The position numbers were made by a program, and so were the translations under genes. From Candidatus Omnitrophota bacterium (GTDB taxonomy: Bacteria; Omnitrophota; Gorgyraeia; B26-G9), in NCBI GenBank assembly GCA_016213925.1, contig JACQZH010000007.1, positions 30,951 to 94,950 of the forward strand: 64,000 nucleotides of DNA, in the 5' to 3' direction. Shown in pieces: positions 1-10,176 of the stretch. How positions within the stretch are numbered: the stretch's first letter is position 1; the number at the start of each line of letters is the position of its first letter. A model generated the notes under the pieces. That model had not been told where the DNA came from and ran no database searches. It saw only the letters and a list, made by a program, of their open reading frames with translations.

Positions 1-60
1 ACAAGTGCCAATGAGAAGCAGATGGATTTGTTTGAGACAAATAAGATCAGTGATTCTTAG
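1..60 (+). CDS. 3' end of a gene running in from the left edge (…EKQMDLFETNKISDS*)
   Basis: Open frame 1 ending in TAG at 58-60; product unknown. Confidence 0.35.
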   Translation, partial: TSANEKQMDLFETNKISDS

Positions 61-297
61 TGATTGGGAAAATGCTGAGCAAATCTTCAGCCCCTGTAAT
101 GGCGCCTTTTAAAAAGCCTTCAACATCGTTGCCCAGAAAAACACGGACAATCTGAAGAAAACCTATAGTTATGTGGTGGGGGTTTTGGAGATGAGAAAAA
201 TAATCATGCTCTTCTTAGTCAAGTTGTAACTATAAACACCTGTTTAGTAAATATTGAATTAGTTTGACAATACATCCTAAAACTATATAATGTTGTT

Positions 298-774
298 ATG
301 AATTCAAAAACAAAAGAATTATTAGCCTATCTTATTGAACATCATACCAAGGCTTCTGTTACAGTTCTAATGAAGTTATCTTACCTGATTGATCTAGTGA
401 GTACCAAGCGGGGTAAAGGGCAGATTTCCGACTTTACCTATAAGAGATATTTTTATGGCCCATTTGATGAACATATTTACCAAGCCCTTGCTTCATTGGT
501 AGAAGAAAATTTAGTACAAGGACAACCCGCATATAGTCCCGATGGGCAAGAGTTTATCACCTATTCTCGCGTTGGAGAAGAGAGTCCTTTACCTCTCCAG
601 CACTTGGATGATCAAGACATTGAAATCATTAATGATGTTTTAACCCAAGTCCAAGGATATGGGGCAAAAGCTCTCACCGATATTGCTTATAAAACTGTCC
701 CCATGAAGAAACTTGGCGCGACTCAAGGTGGATACGAAAATTTAAACGCCCAATTAAATTTGAACAGTGATTGA
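298..774 (+). CDS. Panacea (DUF4065/SocA-like) antitoxin
   Basis: LMKLSYLID and Y..YGP motifs typical of DUF4065; 158 aa; TTGACA…TATAAT promoter-like sequence just upstream. Confidence 0.8.
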   Translation: MNSKTKELLAYLIEHHTKASVTVLMKLSYLIDLVSTKRGKGQISDFTYKRYFYGPFDEHIYQALASLVEENLVQGQPAYSPDGQEFITYSRVGEESPLPLQHLDDQDIEIINDVLTQVQGYGAKALTDIAYKTVPMKKLGATQGGYENLNAQLNLNSD

Positions 775-1276
775 CTTTCCTGACGACATATTAATTTCTA
801 TCATACAACCTCAAAACGCTCATTGCGATTTTACTTCTGTAGAACCGACAACTAATAAAAAGAAGAAGAAATATAAATTAGCCGGCAAAGTGATTCTTCA
901 GCCGTTAAATTTCTACCCGTTTTTTATTCTAACCTCGAATAAAAGTACTTGCCAAGAGTATTTAACCGTTTGCATTAAGCGAGAAGAATGGGCGGATAGA
1001 AATTCGACTCATCTTGCTGAAGAAAAGTCATATATCGATATAAAGAAAATAGAGACTTTGACCCAGGAAGAGATAATAGACAAAATGAGGGATCCTGACA
1101 ATGGGTTTCCTTGTATCGCAAAATTGTGCGATAAGAAATTTGAGGAAATAGCGGAGAAACGGAAGAACTTACATAAAGCGACCCGACTTTCATCCAAAAC
1201 ACAAGACATAATCAATGCAGCACTTTCAGAAGCAGATATAGCAAATAATATACTTAAAAATTTGTCCTTAGAATAA
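767..1276 (+). CDS. Hypothetical protein, putative toxin partner of the Panacea antitoxin (possibly divergent PemK/MazF-like)
   Basis: Overlaps the antitoxin stop codon; FFILTS…SYID…IAKL pattern loosely resembles the PemK fold. Confidence 0.45.
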   Translation: MIDFPDDILISIIQPQNAHCDFTSVEPTTNKKKKKYKLAGKVILQPLNFYPFFILTSNKSTCQEYLTVCIKREEWADRNSTHLAEEKSYIDIKKIETLTQEEIIDKMRDPDNGFPCIAKLCDKKFEEIAEKRKNLHKATRLSSKTQDIINAALSEADIANNILKNLSLE

Positions 1277-1341
1277 AAATGTTTATTTTAGCAAGATTTT
1301 AAACGCAAAATTGAACAAAGAGCATAAAACAAGCTTCTGCA

Positions 1342-1536
1342 TTATTTAACTATATCTTCTCTAACATAAACCTCAAAAATCCCACTTCTTAAACGTATCT
1401 TAACTATCTGTGATTTTGGAATCCAGATTTTCCTACAATTCTCCACTAAAACAGCCTTATCTGTTTCCTTAAGTATGCGCACAGGAAACCATGCGTATTC
1501 TGATTTTCCAAACAAACGTCTAATAAGCCACGCCAT
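1342..1536 (-). CDS. Small hypothetical protein
   Basis: 64-aa ORF with GGAGG-like RBS, directly downstream of the 1539-1808 ORF. Confidence 0.6.
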   Translation of the reverse strand: MAWLIRRLFGKSEYAWFPVRILKETDKAVLVENCRKIWIPKSQIVKIRLRSGIFEVYVREDIVK

Positions 1537-1538
1537 GG

Positions 1539-1808
1539 CTATTCCCCTCCTTTCTTTAAATAACTAAAGGCTTTTTTTACGGTTTTCTTACTAACATTCA
1601 GGCTTCTGGCTATTTGCTGGTAAGTCATGCCCAATAAGTGTAATTGGTTTGCTTTTTGAGCTATCTTTTGGTATAGAGGAATATTTTGGGCGGGTAATAT
1701 TTTGATGTGCGCGATGATTTCGGATGCACATTCGGCAGGCTCAGTGTGCCCGGCGGTCACGGTGCGAATTGGTTGCAACTGCGTCCGCCAAAAACAAAAA
1801 TCCCCCAA
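1539..1808 (-). CDS. Small HTH protein (true start uncertain)
   Basis: C-terminal GMTYQQIARSLNVSKKTVKKA helix-turn-helix. Confidence 0.55.
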   Translation of the reverse strand: MGDFCFWRTQLQPIRTVTAGHTEPAECASEIIAHIKILPAQNIPLYQKIAQKANQLHLLGMTYQQIARSLNVSKKTVKKAFSYLKKGGE

Positions 1809-1832
1809 ATTCCCGGGGGATTTTTGTTTTTG
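1789..1832. terminator. Bidirectional intrinsic terminator-like hairpin
   Basis: 18-bp perfect inverted repeat CAAAAACAAAAATCCCCC / GGGGGATTTTTGTTTTTG with 8-nt loop. Confidence 0.75.
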
Positions 1833-1957
1833 AGGTGAGGTGGTGTGTTTATGATTCGGAAAGCAATTTACTTTTGAGTATAGTTTTGGTACAATTTATC
1901 GAGGTGAAGAGTGGAATATAACGCAAAGCCAAAAGCTAAAAAAGGTGGAGGCGGAAC

Positions 1958-2740
1958 ATGAATAAGCTAGGATGTATTAAGGATAAATTTGACGGCAGAG
2001 ATTATTTGATGCGGGCTTATTTGCCGGTTATGAAAATACCTAAGAAAATTGATTATACCGCTAAGTTTTCGCCGGTTAGGGATCAGGGCGATGAAGGTAC
2101 ATGTGTAGGCTTTGCCAGCACTGTCGGGATGAAGGAATACCAGGAATTGCTTGATTATGAAAAGTTGGTGGAGCTTTCGCCGCGGTTTGTTTATAGCGAA
2201 TGTAAAAAAATTGACGGTATGCCGCAAGCAGAAGGCACGACTATTCGCGCGGCAATGCAGGTGCTTGAAGATAAAGGTGTTTGCCGGGAAAATTTCTGGC
2301 CGTATCAGCCGCGTCAAAAGGACAAAGCTAAAAAAAACGCTGCTGCTGACGCTAAAAAATTTTGCATTAAAACATATGCACGAATACTTAACTTAAATGA
2401 ACTGCGTTTAAGTTTGGCAACAAAAGGGCCATGTGTTATCGGCGTTGAAGTTTTTGAAGGAATGATGGGCACTAAAACAGGGCTTGTGCCAATGCCTAAA
2501 AAAAATGAAAATACTTTGGGCGGGCACGCGATTTGCCCGGTAGGTTATGATGATACCAAGAAATTGGTTAAATTCAAGAATTCCTGGTCGGATAAATGGG
2601 GGCAAAAAGGTTATGGGTTTTTACCATATGCTTATATTGAAAACTATATGATGGATGCCTGGAGTTCTGTTGATATCGAGGACCCCAACCCGCTTACTTT
2701 GGCAAGTGTATTGAGTTACACTCAAGCGGTTAGCGTGTAG
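1958..2740 (+). CDS. C1A (papain-family) cysteine peptidase
   Basis: DQGDEGTCVGF (Gln/Cys), GGHAI (His), KNSW (Asn), WGQKGYG. Confidence 0.92.
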   Translation: MNKLGCIKDKFDGRDYLMRAYLPVMKIPKKIDYTAKFSPVRDQGDEGTCVGFASTVGMKEYQELLDYEKLVELSPRFVYSECKKIDGMPQAEGTTIRAAMQVLEDKGVCRENFWPYQPRQKDKAKKNAAADAKKFCIKTYARILNLNELRLSLATKGPCVIGVEVFEGMMGTKTGLVPMPKKNENTLGGHAICPVGYDDTKKLVKFKNSWSDKWGQKGYGFLPYAYIENYMMDAWSSVDIEDPNPLTLASVLSYTQAVSV

Positions 2741-3196
2741 CGATTAGCGAATAGAAAAACAGGAGGGAAAAATTAGAAATATTTATATCGGAAATCCTGG
2801 GCTCTTTTTTAGGGTGGATATGTTTGTATCTTATTATTGTTCGCGTATCACCTAGCGCTCCAGTAGAATTGGAGACATTTGATGTGTTTCTACTAATTGG
2901 TGCATTCGTAGGAATGACGGGGTATGCCTACAAGATAGGAGAGAACATCGATAAATTAGTTGAAGCATACTCGAAGAAGATGGAAAACTTGATTTCTCCC
3001 AGCAAAAAGGATAAATAAAATGATCAATAGAATCTTTATTCACGGCATAACTTATCAAATAACAAGATATTGTAACCAGCTGTGCGGGATAAATGATGCG
3101 GCCTCAACTAAAATTTCTTGTCAAAGAAACTAAAACAAGATATTATAAACAATATCGTTCCGGAATATTTAAGAATAAAAATAAAAGGGAAAATTC

Positions 3197-4156
3197 GTGG
3201 AGAACAACGGTAAAATATTGTTAGTTGATGACGATGAGCAGCTTGTCGGGCTGATGCGGCAGAACTTGGAGCTGGAAGGTTATGAGATAATATGCGCTTA
3301 TGACGGGGATGAGGCTTTAGAAAAAGCGGAGCAAGTGCAGCCGGATATTATTTTGCTGGATGTTACCATGCCTAAAAAAACCGGTTTTGAGGTATGCCGG
3401 ATTTTGAAAGAACGGCCGCAAACACGGTTTACCCCTATAGTTCTTGTAACCGCGTTAGGCCGCAGAGAAGAAAAAATCAAGGGAATTGAATCCGGGGCAG
3501 ATGATTTTTTAAGCAAGCCGGTATCGCAGGAAGAATTGCTTGCCAGGATCAAATCATTGATAAAAGTAAAAAAGATGCACGAAGAATTAGAAGAGATAGA
3601 AAATATTCTTTATACCCTGATCAATATTATTGACGCAAAAGACGCTTATACGCGCAGCCACTGTGAACGCGTTACATCGCTTGCGGTTTTGTTGGCGCAG
3701 GAGCTTAAACTTTCAAATGAGCAGATTTCTTTGATCGAAAAAGCGGCTAAATTACATGATATCGGCAAGATAGGGATTCCTGAAAGTATTTTGAACAAAC
3801 CAGGGGCATTGACCGTAGAGGAATTTAATGTGATAAAACAGCATTCCGTTTTTGGGGAAAAAATTTGCGAGCCTTTACGTTCTTTGCGGCCTGTGCTTAA
3901 AATCATCAGGCACCATCATGAACATTTTGACGGCACGGGATATCCTGATGGGCTAAGCGGAGAAAAGATTCCGCTTGAAGCAAGAGTTATTGCCATTGCC
4001 GACGGATACGATGCCATGGCAACAAACCGTCCTTATCGCAACGCGCTGCTTCAGGCGGAAATAGTGGATATTTTACACGAAGGTTCGGGCAGCCAGTGGG
4101 ACCCGGACATTACCAAGGCTTTTCTTAAGATGATCGGGGAAAACATTTTCGAATAA
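3197..4156 (+). CDS. Response regulator with HD-GYP c-di-GMP phosphodiesterase domain
   Basis: REC domain (LVDDD, DVTMP, KP) plus HDIGK, HHEHFDGTGYPDGL, ADGYDAM. Confidence 0.93.
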   Translation: MENNGKILLVDDDEQLVGLMRQNLELEGYEIICAYDGDEALEKAEQVQPDIILLDVTMPKKTGFEVCRILKERPQTRFTPIVLVTALGRREEKIKGIESGADDFLSKPVSQEELLARIKSLIKVKKMHEELEEIENILYTLINIIDAKDAYTRSHCERVTSLAVLLAQELKLSNEQISLIEKAAKLHDIGKIGIPESILNKPGALTVEEFNVIKQHSVFGEKICEPLRSLRPVLKIIRHHHEHFDGTGYPDGLSGEKIPLEARVIAIADGYDAMATNRPYRNALLQAEIVDILHEGSGSQWDPDITKAFLKMIGENIFE

Positions 4157-4159
4157 CAA

Positions 4160-5632
4160 TTGATTAAAAGTATGGATAAAAGTTTCCATAAGAGGTTATG
4201 CGAACTTGCCTGTCAGCAATCAATAATTTTTCCGGTGGTGTTTTTCGTAGCGGTAGAGCTTAGCAGTGTTTATTGCCGGCCTGCTTTTTCAGAGACATGG
4301 TCTTCTGCGGCCGATTCGGGCAAATGGCGTCTTATCTGGCATGACGAATTTGATGGAGAAACTGTTGATGTTTCCAAATGGCGCATTGAGGATGCGGCGC
4401 TGATTAAAAATAATGAACTGCAATATTATACCCCGGAAGATGTTTACATAGAAAACGGAATGCTTGTCCTGCGCAGTCAAAAAAGATTTATGCGGGGCAG
4501 AGGATACACGTCTGGTTTAGTGGAAACATCCGGCAAGGTTGCTTTTAAATACGGCCGCGTTGAAGTCAGGGCAAAGCTGCCGAAGGGAAAGGGGCTCTGG
4601 CCCGCGCATTGGATGCTGCCGCAAAGCGGAAAGTGGCCTCCGGAAATAGACATCACAGAATTGATCGGACACTCGCCGAACACGGTGCATATGACTTTGC
4701 ACTGGGGGCAGCGGCCGGAGCATAAGTTGCGCGGTACTTCATTTAGCGGGCCGGATTTTTCTGGGGATTTTCATGTATTTGCCATAGAATGGCAGCCTGA
4801 TTACATCCGCTGGTTCATTGATGGAGAAGAACGTTTTTTTATCGATGAAAATATTCCGCAAGAGCCTTTTTACATAATTTTAAACACTGCCGTAGGCGGC
4901 AATTGGCCCGGCGCTCCGAATAGCGCGACAAAATTTCCGCAATTTCACCAGATAGATTATGTAAGAGTTTACGCAAAAGAGATACCCGGAAAATTTTTCC
5001 TTACGAGCGCGGCAAAAAACGGCAGCATTGAAATTTCCCCCCAACAGCAGCAATATGATTTTAACAGTAAAGTAACTTTAAAAGCAAAGCCGGCAATCGG
5101 ATATATTTTTAGCTGCTTTAGCGGAGATTGTTCCGCGGAATATGACACCGTAGAGATCGTGATGGATAAACACAAAACCATCAGCGCGGATTTTATCGCG
5201 GATCCAGATCCGCCGGAACTTCTTTCCGCGGGAAAGCCGGTTAAGGCATCATCGCAGGAAGCAGAAGATCTTGGTGCGGAAAATGCAGTGGATAGGGATA
5301 AAAACACCCGCTGGTCTTCCGCGTTTTCAGATCCGCAGTGGATACAGGTTGACTTAGGGCAGAAATACTTGATCGATTCTGTGCGTCTGAACTGGGAGGC
5401 TGCGTATGCGCGTGGGTTTGAAATACAGGTTTCTGATGACGGAAAAAAGTGGAATACCGTATATGGTGAACAGCAAGGCAAGGGGAGTACTCAGGAAATA
5501 ACACAGTTAAACGCGGCTGGCAGGTATGTTGCAATATACGGCATAGAACGCGCTACAGAATTCGGGTATTCTTTGTGGGAATTTGAGGTTTTTGGGCGGT
5601 TTATCGAAACAGCTTCTGCGCAGGAGCCTTGA
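4160..5632 (+). CDS. GH16 glycoside hydrolase with B-repeat linker and F5/8 type C (CBM32) domain
   Basis: WHDEFDG, GLWPAHW, catalytic EIDITE, DFHVFAIEW; C-terminal ASSQE…TRWSS…WIQVDLG…YSLWEFEV. Confidence 0.9.
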   Translation: MIKSMDKSFHKRLCELACQQSIIFPVVFFVAVELSSVYCRPAFSETWSSAADSGKWRLIWHDEFDGETVDVSKWRIEDAALIKNNELQYYTPEDVYIENGMLVLRSQKRFMRGRGYTSGLVETSGKVAFKYGRVEVRAKLPKGKGLWPAHWMLPQSGKWPPEIDITELIGHSPNTVHMTLHWGQRPEHKLRGTSFSGPDFSGDFHVFAIEWQPDYIRWFIDGEERFFIDENIPQEPFYIILNTAVGGNWPGAPNSATKFPQFHQIDYVRVYAKEIPGKFFLTSAAKNGSIEISPQQQQYDFNSKVTLKAKPAIGYIFSCFSGDCSAEYDTVEIVMDKHKTISADFIADPDPPELLSAGKPVKASSQEAEDLGAENAVDRDKNTRWSSAFSDPQWIQVDLGQKYLIDSVRLNWEAAYARGFEIQVSDDGKKWNTVYGEQQGKGSTQEITQLNAAGRYVAIYGIERATEFGYSLWEFEVFGRFIETASAQEP

Positions 5633-5655
5633 CATAAAAAGAATATTTAATTAGA

Positions 5656-6114
5656 ATGCGATATAAAAAAAGCGCGAAAGGGTTAGATTTTATGATAAAG
5701 AAAACAAAGATGCATTCGCCGCGTTTACCAGAAGCAAAAGTAGCATTTTCCCGCGGAATTAAAGTGGAACTGGATAATAGAATCATGTTATTTATTTCAG
5801 GCACTGCCAGCGTAACAGCTGACGGCAGCACAGCCCATGCGGGAGATTTTCACGCCCAGGCAATACATACTTATAAAAACATAAACTCCTTACTCAAGAA
5901 AGAGAACGCTGCGTTTAAAGATATTGTTAAATTCACAATATACCTTAAAAACATGGATGACTATGAGAAGATGAATAATGCCCGCGACGAATTTTTTCAA
6001 AGCATGGGTTTGTCCCGGGAAGAATTTCCGGCAAGCACATGCGTTGAAGCGCGCCTTTGCAGGGAAGATCTTTTAGTTGAAATCGAGGCAATTGCAATAA
6101 GAAAAAAGAAGTAA
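5656..6114 (+). CDS. RidA/YjgF/UK114 family protein
   Basis: FSRG, LFISGTA, PASTCVEA.L, LVEIEAIA. Confidence 0.88.
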   Translation: MRYKKSAKGLDFMIKKTKMHSPRLPEAKVAFSRGIKVELDNRIMLFISGTASVTADGSTAHAGDFHAQAIHTYKNINSLLKKENAAFKDIVKFTIYLKNMDDYEKMNNARDEFFQSMGLSREEFPASTCVEARLCREDLLVEIEAIAIRKKK

Positions 6115-6183
6115 AAAAACTACTCCCATTCCTCCAGAGGGTTATTTCCCGCCAGAAAAGCTGAAATTTGTTCGATGTCGGTT

Positions 6184-6648
6184 TCATTGATAAGTTTCCG
6201 GGCGGCTGAATTTTTTCGCGAGAAAATCCGCGATGTCTTGAGCTTCATCCAGAGCAATCCAGGTAATTGCCTTTGCTTGTTCACGCAAGACAAGATTGTG
6301 CCATTGCGCTGCGGGTAATCTTAGAGAAGTGATTTTATCTAGAGGGTGGCATTCGGCGCATTTCTGCTTAAAAAGCTGTTCCGTATAATAAGCGTGAGTG
6401 TTGTTTATGTGAATTTTTATTTTGTCGGCATCTTTTTGGGAAAATCCATTTTTGTTTTTTCTGCGCATCCAATCTACTGTTTTATTCCAGCCGGTAGTTG
6501 TTTTTTTAATAACAAAAATTCTCTCTAATTTGTGGCATTTACCGCAAGTGTTTTCAAAGAGCGGAAAATTTTTATCCGCGTTTTTTGCTCCTGTGAGCAG
6601 GACAGAGAAGCAGAGAATGCTGATAATAAGAAGGTAAAATGGCTTCAT
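6184..6648 (-). CDS. Exported di-haem c-type cytochrome
   Basis: N-terminal signal-like segment; two CxxCH motifs (CGKCH, CAECH) in repeated domains. Confidence 0.8.
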   Translation of the reverse strand: MKPFYLLIISILCFSVLLTGAKNADKNFPLFENTCGKCHKLERIFVIKKTTTGWNKTVDWMRRKNKNGFSQKDADKIKIHINNTHAYYTEQLFKQKCAECHPLDKITSLRLPAAQWHNLVLREQAKAITWIALDEAQDIADFLAKKFSRPETYQ

Positions 6649-6649
6649 T

Positions 6650-9610
6650 TTAATTTAATATAAATCCTTGATTGCCGCGCAAGATAAATCTTTTTACAGC
6701 ATGCCTGGTTTTATCCGCAGTATCTGTTCCGGTTAAAAAAAACGTAAAAATTACGGTGTCTGCCATTTCTTGTGCCTGCGGATTGGTATAAGAAATAATA
6801 TCGTAATTAGGAAACTGAACCGCCGTGTCTTGCGGGGAAAAGGAGTAAGAAAATTTCTCGTTATTGACCTCTAGAATCCCCTCATCCATTATCATCCCCG
6901 GCATAATCACGGTATAATAAACCTTAGCGTGGCGTAAGGGAGTTTTTATTGCGCCCTTTATCCTTAAAATGTCAGTATAATTTATTGAGAATCGCGCGGG
7001 CAAGTTAAGTTCGAGAATGTCATTTGGCGCGGAAGGCTCAACAGCATAAACAAAATATTTTCCGTCTCTAGTGCCGGCAAAATCGCCTTTTTTGTCCTTA
7101 TAACGGCAATTTCCTTCAACAGTATAAACTCCGGGTTCTTGTATTGGTATTTCCGCGCCTTCAGCAGCGGACATTTTTGCCAGGCCTATTTTATTTGTGA
7201 TGCCTTTGAATTCATATTGTTTTCCGCCGGGTGTAGTTATTTTTTTTAAACATTTAACATTAGCGATAGGAGGAAAAATCATTGCTCCGGCGCTTAAAAT
7301 ATCGCCGGTTTCAAAAATCATTCCGGCCAAAGGCGTGCCGGCATCAAAAAGATAATGCTTGCGGCCGTTAATCTCGAAAATCGGTTCAGCTAGAGGCGCG
7401 GATACTCTATTAGCAAAAGAACCTTTTGGGATAACCACGCCCATAGAGGCATAGATTCCATATAAATTAATTCCTTTTTTTAGATCACGATAGACAACAC
7501 CGCCCAAAAATTCATAAATATCCTGCGGCAAATCCCCGTTATAACTGTTGTTGATTTGCTCTCCGGCAAAGTTTCCGCCGCTTTGCCAATACGTGTCTCC
7601 CATAGGATGAGTGTCTTGGCTGACCATAAATCTGGCAGTAAGGCCGGGGCGGATTGCGCTCATATAGGCATAGGAGTGTTTGTCTAAGAATTCAGGATAT
7701 CCTTGCGGCTGGTATCCGTTTGTTGTTGTGGAAAAAGGAGCGATTCCTTTTGTTATTCCCGGGAATAGATTTTCTTTACAGCGCATTGTCAGGATAGGAC
7801 GAATGCCATTGTCTCCGGAGAAAGTATTTGCGATATAGAGAATATCGCCGGAATAATATGGAAAAGGGAACAGGGTACAGCAGGTGTAATTATTAGACAT
7901 AGGATTGTTGACCGTCATGAGTTGCCCTTCATAATTGCTATTATCCCTTGGCCCGATATCAGCGTGTATATGGGTGGAAGGGGACGCGCCATGCACGATG
8001 AGCGGTGAGTTTTTGGGAGCAACAACAGAACCGCTTTTTTGGCTGCCCATCCAAAAATTACCCTGGCTATCCGTATAGAACGCTGTAATTGTGGAAAGAT
8101 ATTCTCCTGGGCAGTCAAAAATCATTTTTTCAAATTTTTCTTTCGGGTAAAAGTACCCGTAACGGTTAGCTGCTCCTTCGATAACAACTTTTTTTATATC
8201 CTGCTTGCTGGAATTTCTATAAAAGGCAATATCTACTTTTACCTTGGCTGGGCAAGGCGGATGGATGATGACCGACGGAGGATATCCATCGCCCACTTCA
8301 AACGGAGTGCCTGGCTTTACGCTGGTGGCAAAAGTTAAGCGGTTCGCAACCCACACTTCGTATGTTCCGCCGCCGGTATATGTATTGCCCCAAACATCAG
8401 AGATCCAGCCGGTTAATTCAATTGAGTATTTGCCTTGCAAGGAAAACTGATAGCCGAACTTATCGGAATTTGAAGAAGCCCCGGTCGTAGATTGGGATTG
8501 AAATTTTTCTGTGCCGAGAATATCTTTTGTCCCGTCAGGTTTTGTGACAACAACCGAAAGCTCGCCGGATTGATAATTTAAAGGAATAGGAGTTTGAAAA
8601 TCCCATTTTGATCCCTGCTCTAGTTTTAGAAGCGGTTTTGCGAACATAGTAGGGAAATCAGGTTCAAGGATATATTTTGTTGTTTCCTGAGGTGTTTTTA
8701 ACGGAGGAAGAATGAATTCAGCAGGGATAATATGCCGGGAATTAAATTGAAAATTATCCGCGTCTTCTTTCGCGACTACTCCTTGAGTGCCATTGCTGAA
8801 ATATTTTGTAAGCAGTGTCCAGATCATCTTTGGCATAACAGGATTGCCGACTTTGATTACCGGAAGGTACGAAGATGTCCTTAGAATTATAGATTGATCC
8901 CAGTCAGAATAAATAGACGATGTTTTAGCGTATAGAGGCAAAAAGTTTACCCGATGAAAATAGCGGTGTTTTTTACAGAGGGCGGTAATTTGAAAGCGGT
9001 AATACCCTTCGGGAAAATCGGTTTTTATAATATCCTGGAACTTAAAATTAGCCTGCAGTTCTTCAGCGTTGATTTTTAAATTTGATTTTGGCGCAAAAGC
9101 ATATTTATAAAATGGCGCAGAATTGCTGTATCCTGAAAACCGGTTTTCAGGGGCTAAAGAATCGATATATTCGACAAATTTTAAATCCTCATATTCTGTC
9201 GCGCTAAAGTCGTAGTTTTCAATGGGCAGTCCCGAGGGGGTTAATACTGTGGAATTATAGTTATTTGTGAATTGATGATAACGGCCTTGTTTATCAAAAA
9301 TTCTTTCCGCGCGTAAAAGGATATAAATGCCGTCAAGCTCCTTGATGACTTCAATGGCCTGCCTGGATTTTACTTGTAAGCGTACCTGTATTTCGATATT
9401 ATCATTAAAATTAAAATCGTTTTTGTTTATCGAGGTTTCAAAGCTTAATTCGCCATCGCCAAGAATTTTTTCCGAAAAATCAAAACAAACGGGATCAGCG
9501 AATAAGAATACAGGAGAGCTAATCAAGGCAAAACAGAGGACAGGAAAAACAAAAACCGTTAGAAAAAAGTTTTTTTTGATAAGCATGGCAATCTTTCTTA
9601 ATTTCCGCAA
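6650..9610 (-). CDS. Large exported hypothetical protein (986 aa)
   Basis: Long ORF, N-terminal hydrophobic segment, beta-rich Gly/Pro/Tyr composition; ends 1 nt before the cytochrome start. Confidence 0.75.
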   Translation of the reverse strand: MRKLRKIAMLIKKNFFLTVFVFPVLCFALISSPVFLFADPVCFDFSEKILGDGELSFETSINKNDFNFNDNIEIQVRLQVKSRQAIEVIKELDGIYILLRAERIFDKQGRYHQFTNNYNSTVLTPSGLPIENYDFSATEYEDLKFVEYIDSLAPENRFSGYSNSAPFYKYAFAPKSNLKINAEELQANFKFQDIIKTDFPEGYYRFQITALCKKHRYFHRVNFLPLYAKTSSIYSDWDQSIILRTSSYLPVIKVGNPVMPKMIWTLLTKYFSNGTQGVVAKEDADNFQFNSRHIIPAEFILPPLKTPQETTKYILEPDFPTMFAKPLLKLEQGSKWDFQTPIPLNYQSGELSVVVTKPDGTKDILGTEKFQSQSTTGASSNSDKFGYQFSLQGKYSIELTGWISDVWGNTYTGGGTYEVWVANRLTFATSVKPGTPFEVGDGYPPSVIIHPPCPAKVKVDIAFYRNSSKQDIKKVVIEGAANRYGYFYPKEKFEKMIFDCPGEYLSTITAFYTDSQGNFWMGSQKSGSVVAPKNSPLIVHGASPSTHIHADIGPRDNSNYEGQLMTVNNPMSNNYTCCTLFPFPYYSGDILYIANTFSGDNGIRPILTMRCKENLFPGITKGIAPFSTTTNGYQPQGYPEFLDKHSYAYMSAIRPGLTARFMVSQDTHPMGDTYWQSGGNFAGEQINNSYNGDLPQDIYEFLGGVVYRDLKKGINLYGIYASMGVVIPKGSFANRVSAPLAEPIFEINGRKHYLFDAGTPLAGMIFETGDILSAGAMIFPPIANVKCLKKITTPGGKQYEFKGITNKIGLAKMSAAEGAEIPIQEPGVYTVEGNCRYKDKKGDFAGTRDGKYFVYAVEPSAPNDILELNLPARFSINYTDILRIKGAIKTPLRHAKVYYTVIMPGMIMDEGILEVNNEKFSYSFSPQDTAVQFPNYDIISYTNPQAQEMADTVIFTFFLTGTDTADKTRHAVKRFILRGNQGFILN

Positions 9611-9783
9611 AATACCGGATATATGATATAATAATAAAAACTATTTTTCAACGGAGCATTTTTTTAGGGTTGAAAATAAAGAAATTCAGGCGAGAAAAGA
9701 AACTAGCGCTTATAAATAAAGGATAAAGATATCTCGCTCTAAAAACAGAGCTTGATATCCGCTCGATTTTCTACAAAAATCTC

Positions 9784-9799
9784 GCGGAGAGTTGGCAGA
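9784..9799 (+). repeat. 16-bp copy of the tRNA-Ser 5' end
   Basis: GCGGAGAGTTGGCAGA identical to 10175-10190. Confidence 0.7.
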
Positions 9800-10176
9800 C
9801 GAAGCCCCGCAGATTTGTTCTGCGCAAGCAGAACGTTGCGGGAAAAACGGTTTATTCTTAATAAGGGTGATAAAAATTACATAACCATTTGTGGCGTAAA
9901 GTAATCGAAGAATTTTACGCTCAGCACCAATTTTTTCGCTGAAAAACAGCGCAACCGGTAAATCCATACTGTGTTTTTGGCGTGCTGGAACTCGCCCGTC
10001 GGCTTGCGCCAGATGGGCTTGAGACATCCATCGCGCCCAAAAGGGTACCCAAAAACACAGCATGTATTTACCTAAATTGGTGAATTCGCTTAAAAATTTT
10101 CGATTACTTTTGCAACTTAAATACGAAAGCGGAAAAACCGTTGGAATAAGGTGGATTGAAATGAAAGATAGTTAGC

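Noticed and set aside
1730-1790. tRNA (Sec/Ser-like) gene ending in CCGCCA
   Set aside because: No cloverleaf; the T-loop-like GTGCGAAT is at the wrong distance from CCA and there is no acceptor pairing
2824-3018. Small membrane-protein ORF
   Set aside because: TTG start without a nearby RBS; possibly a remnant with a lost start near 2773, but too weak to call
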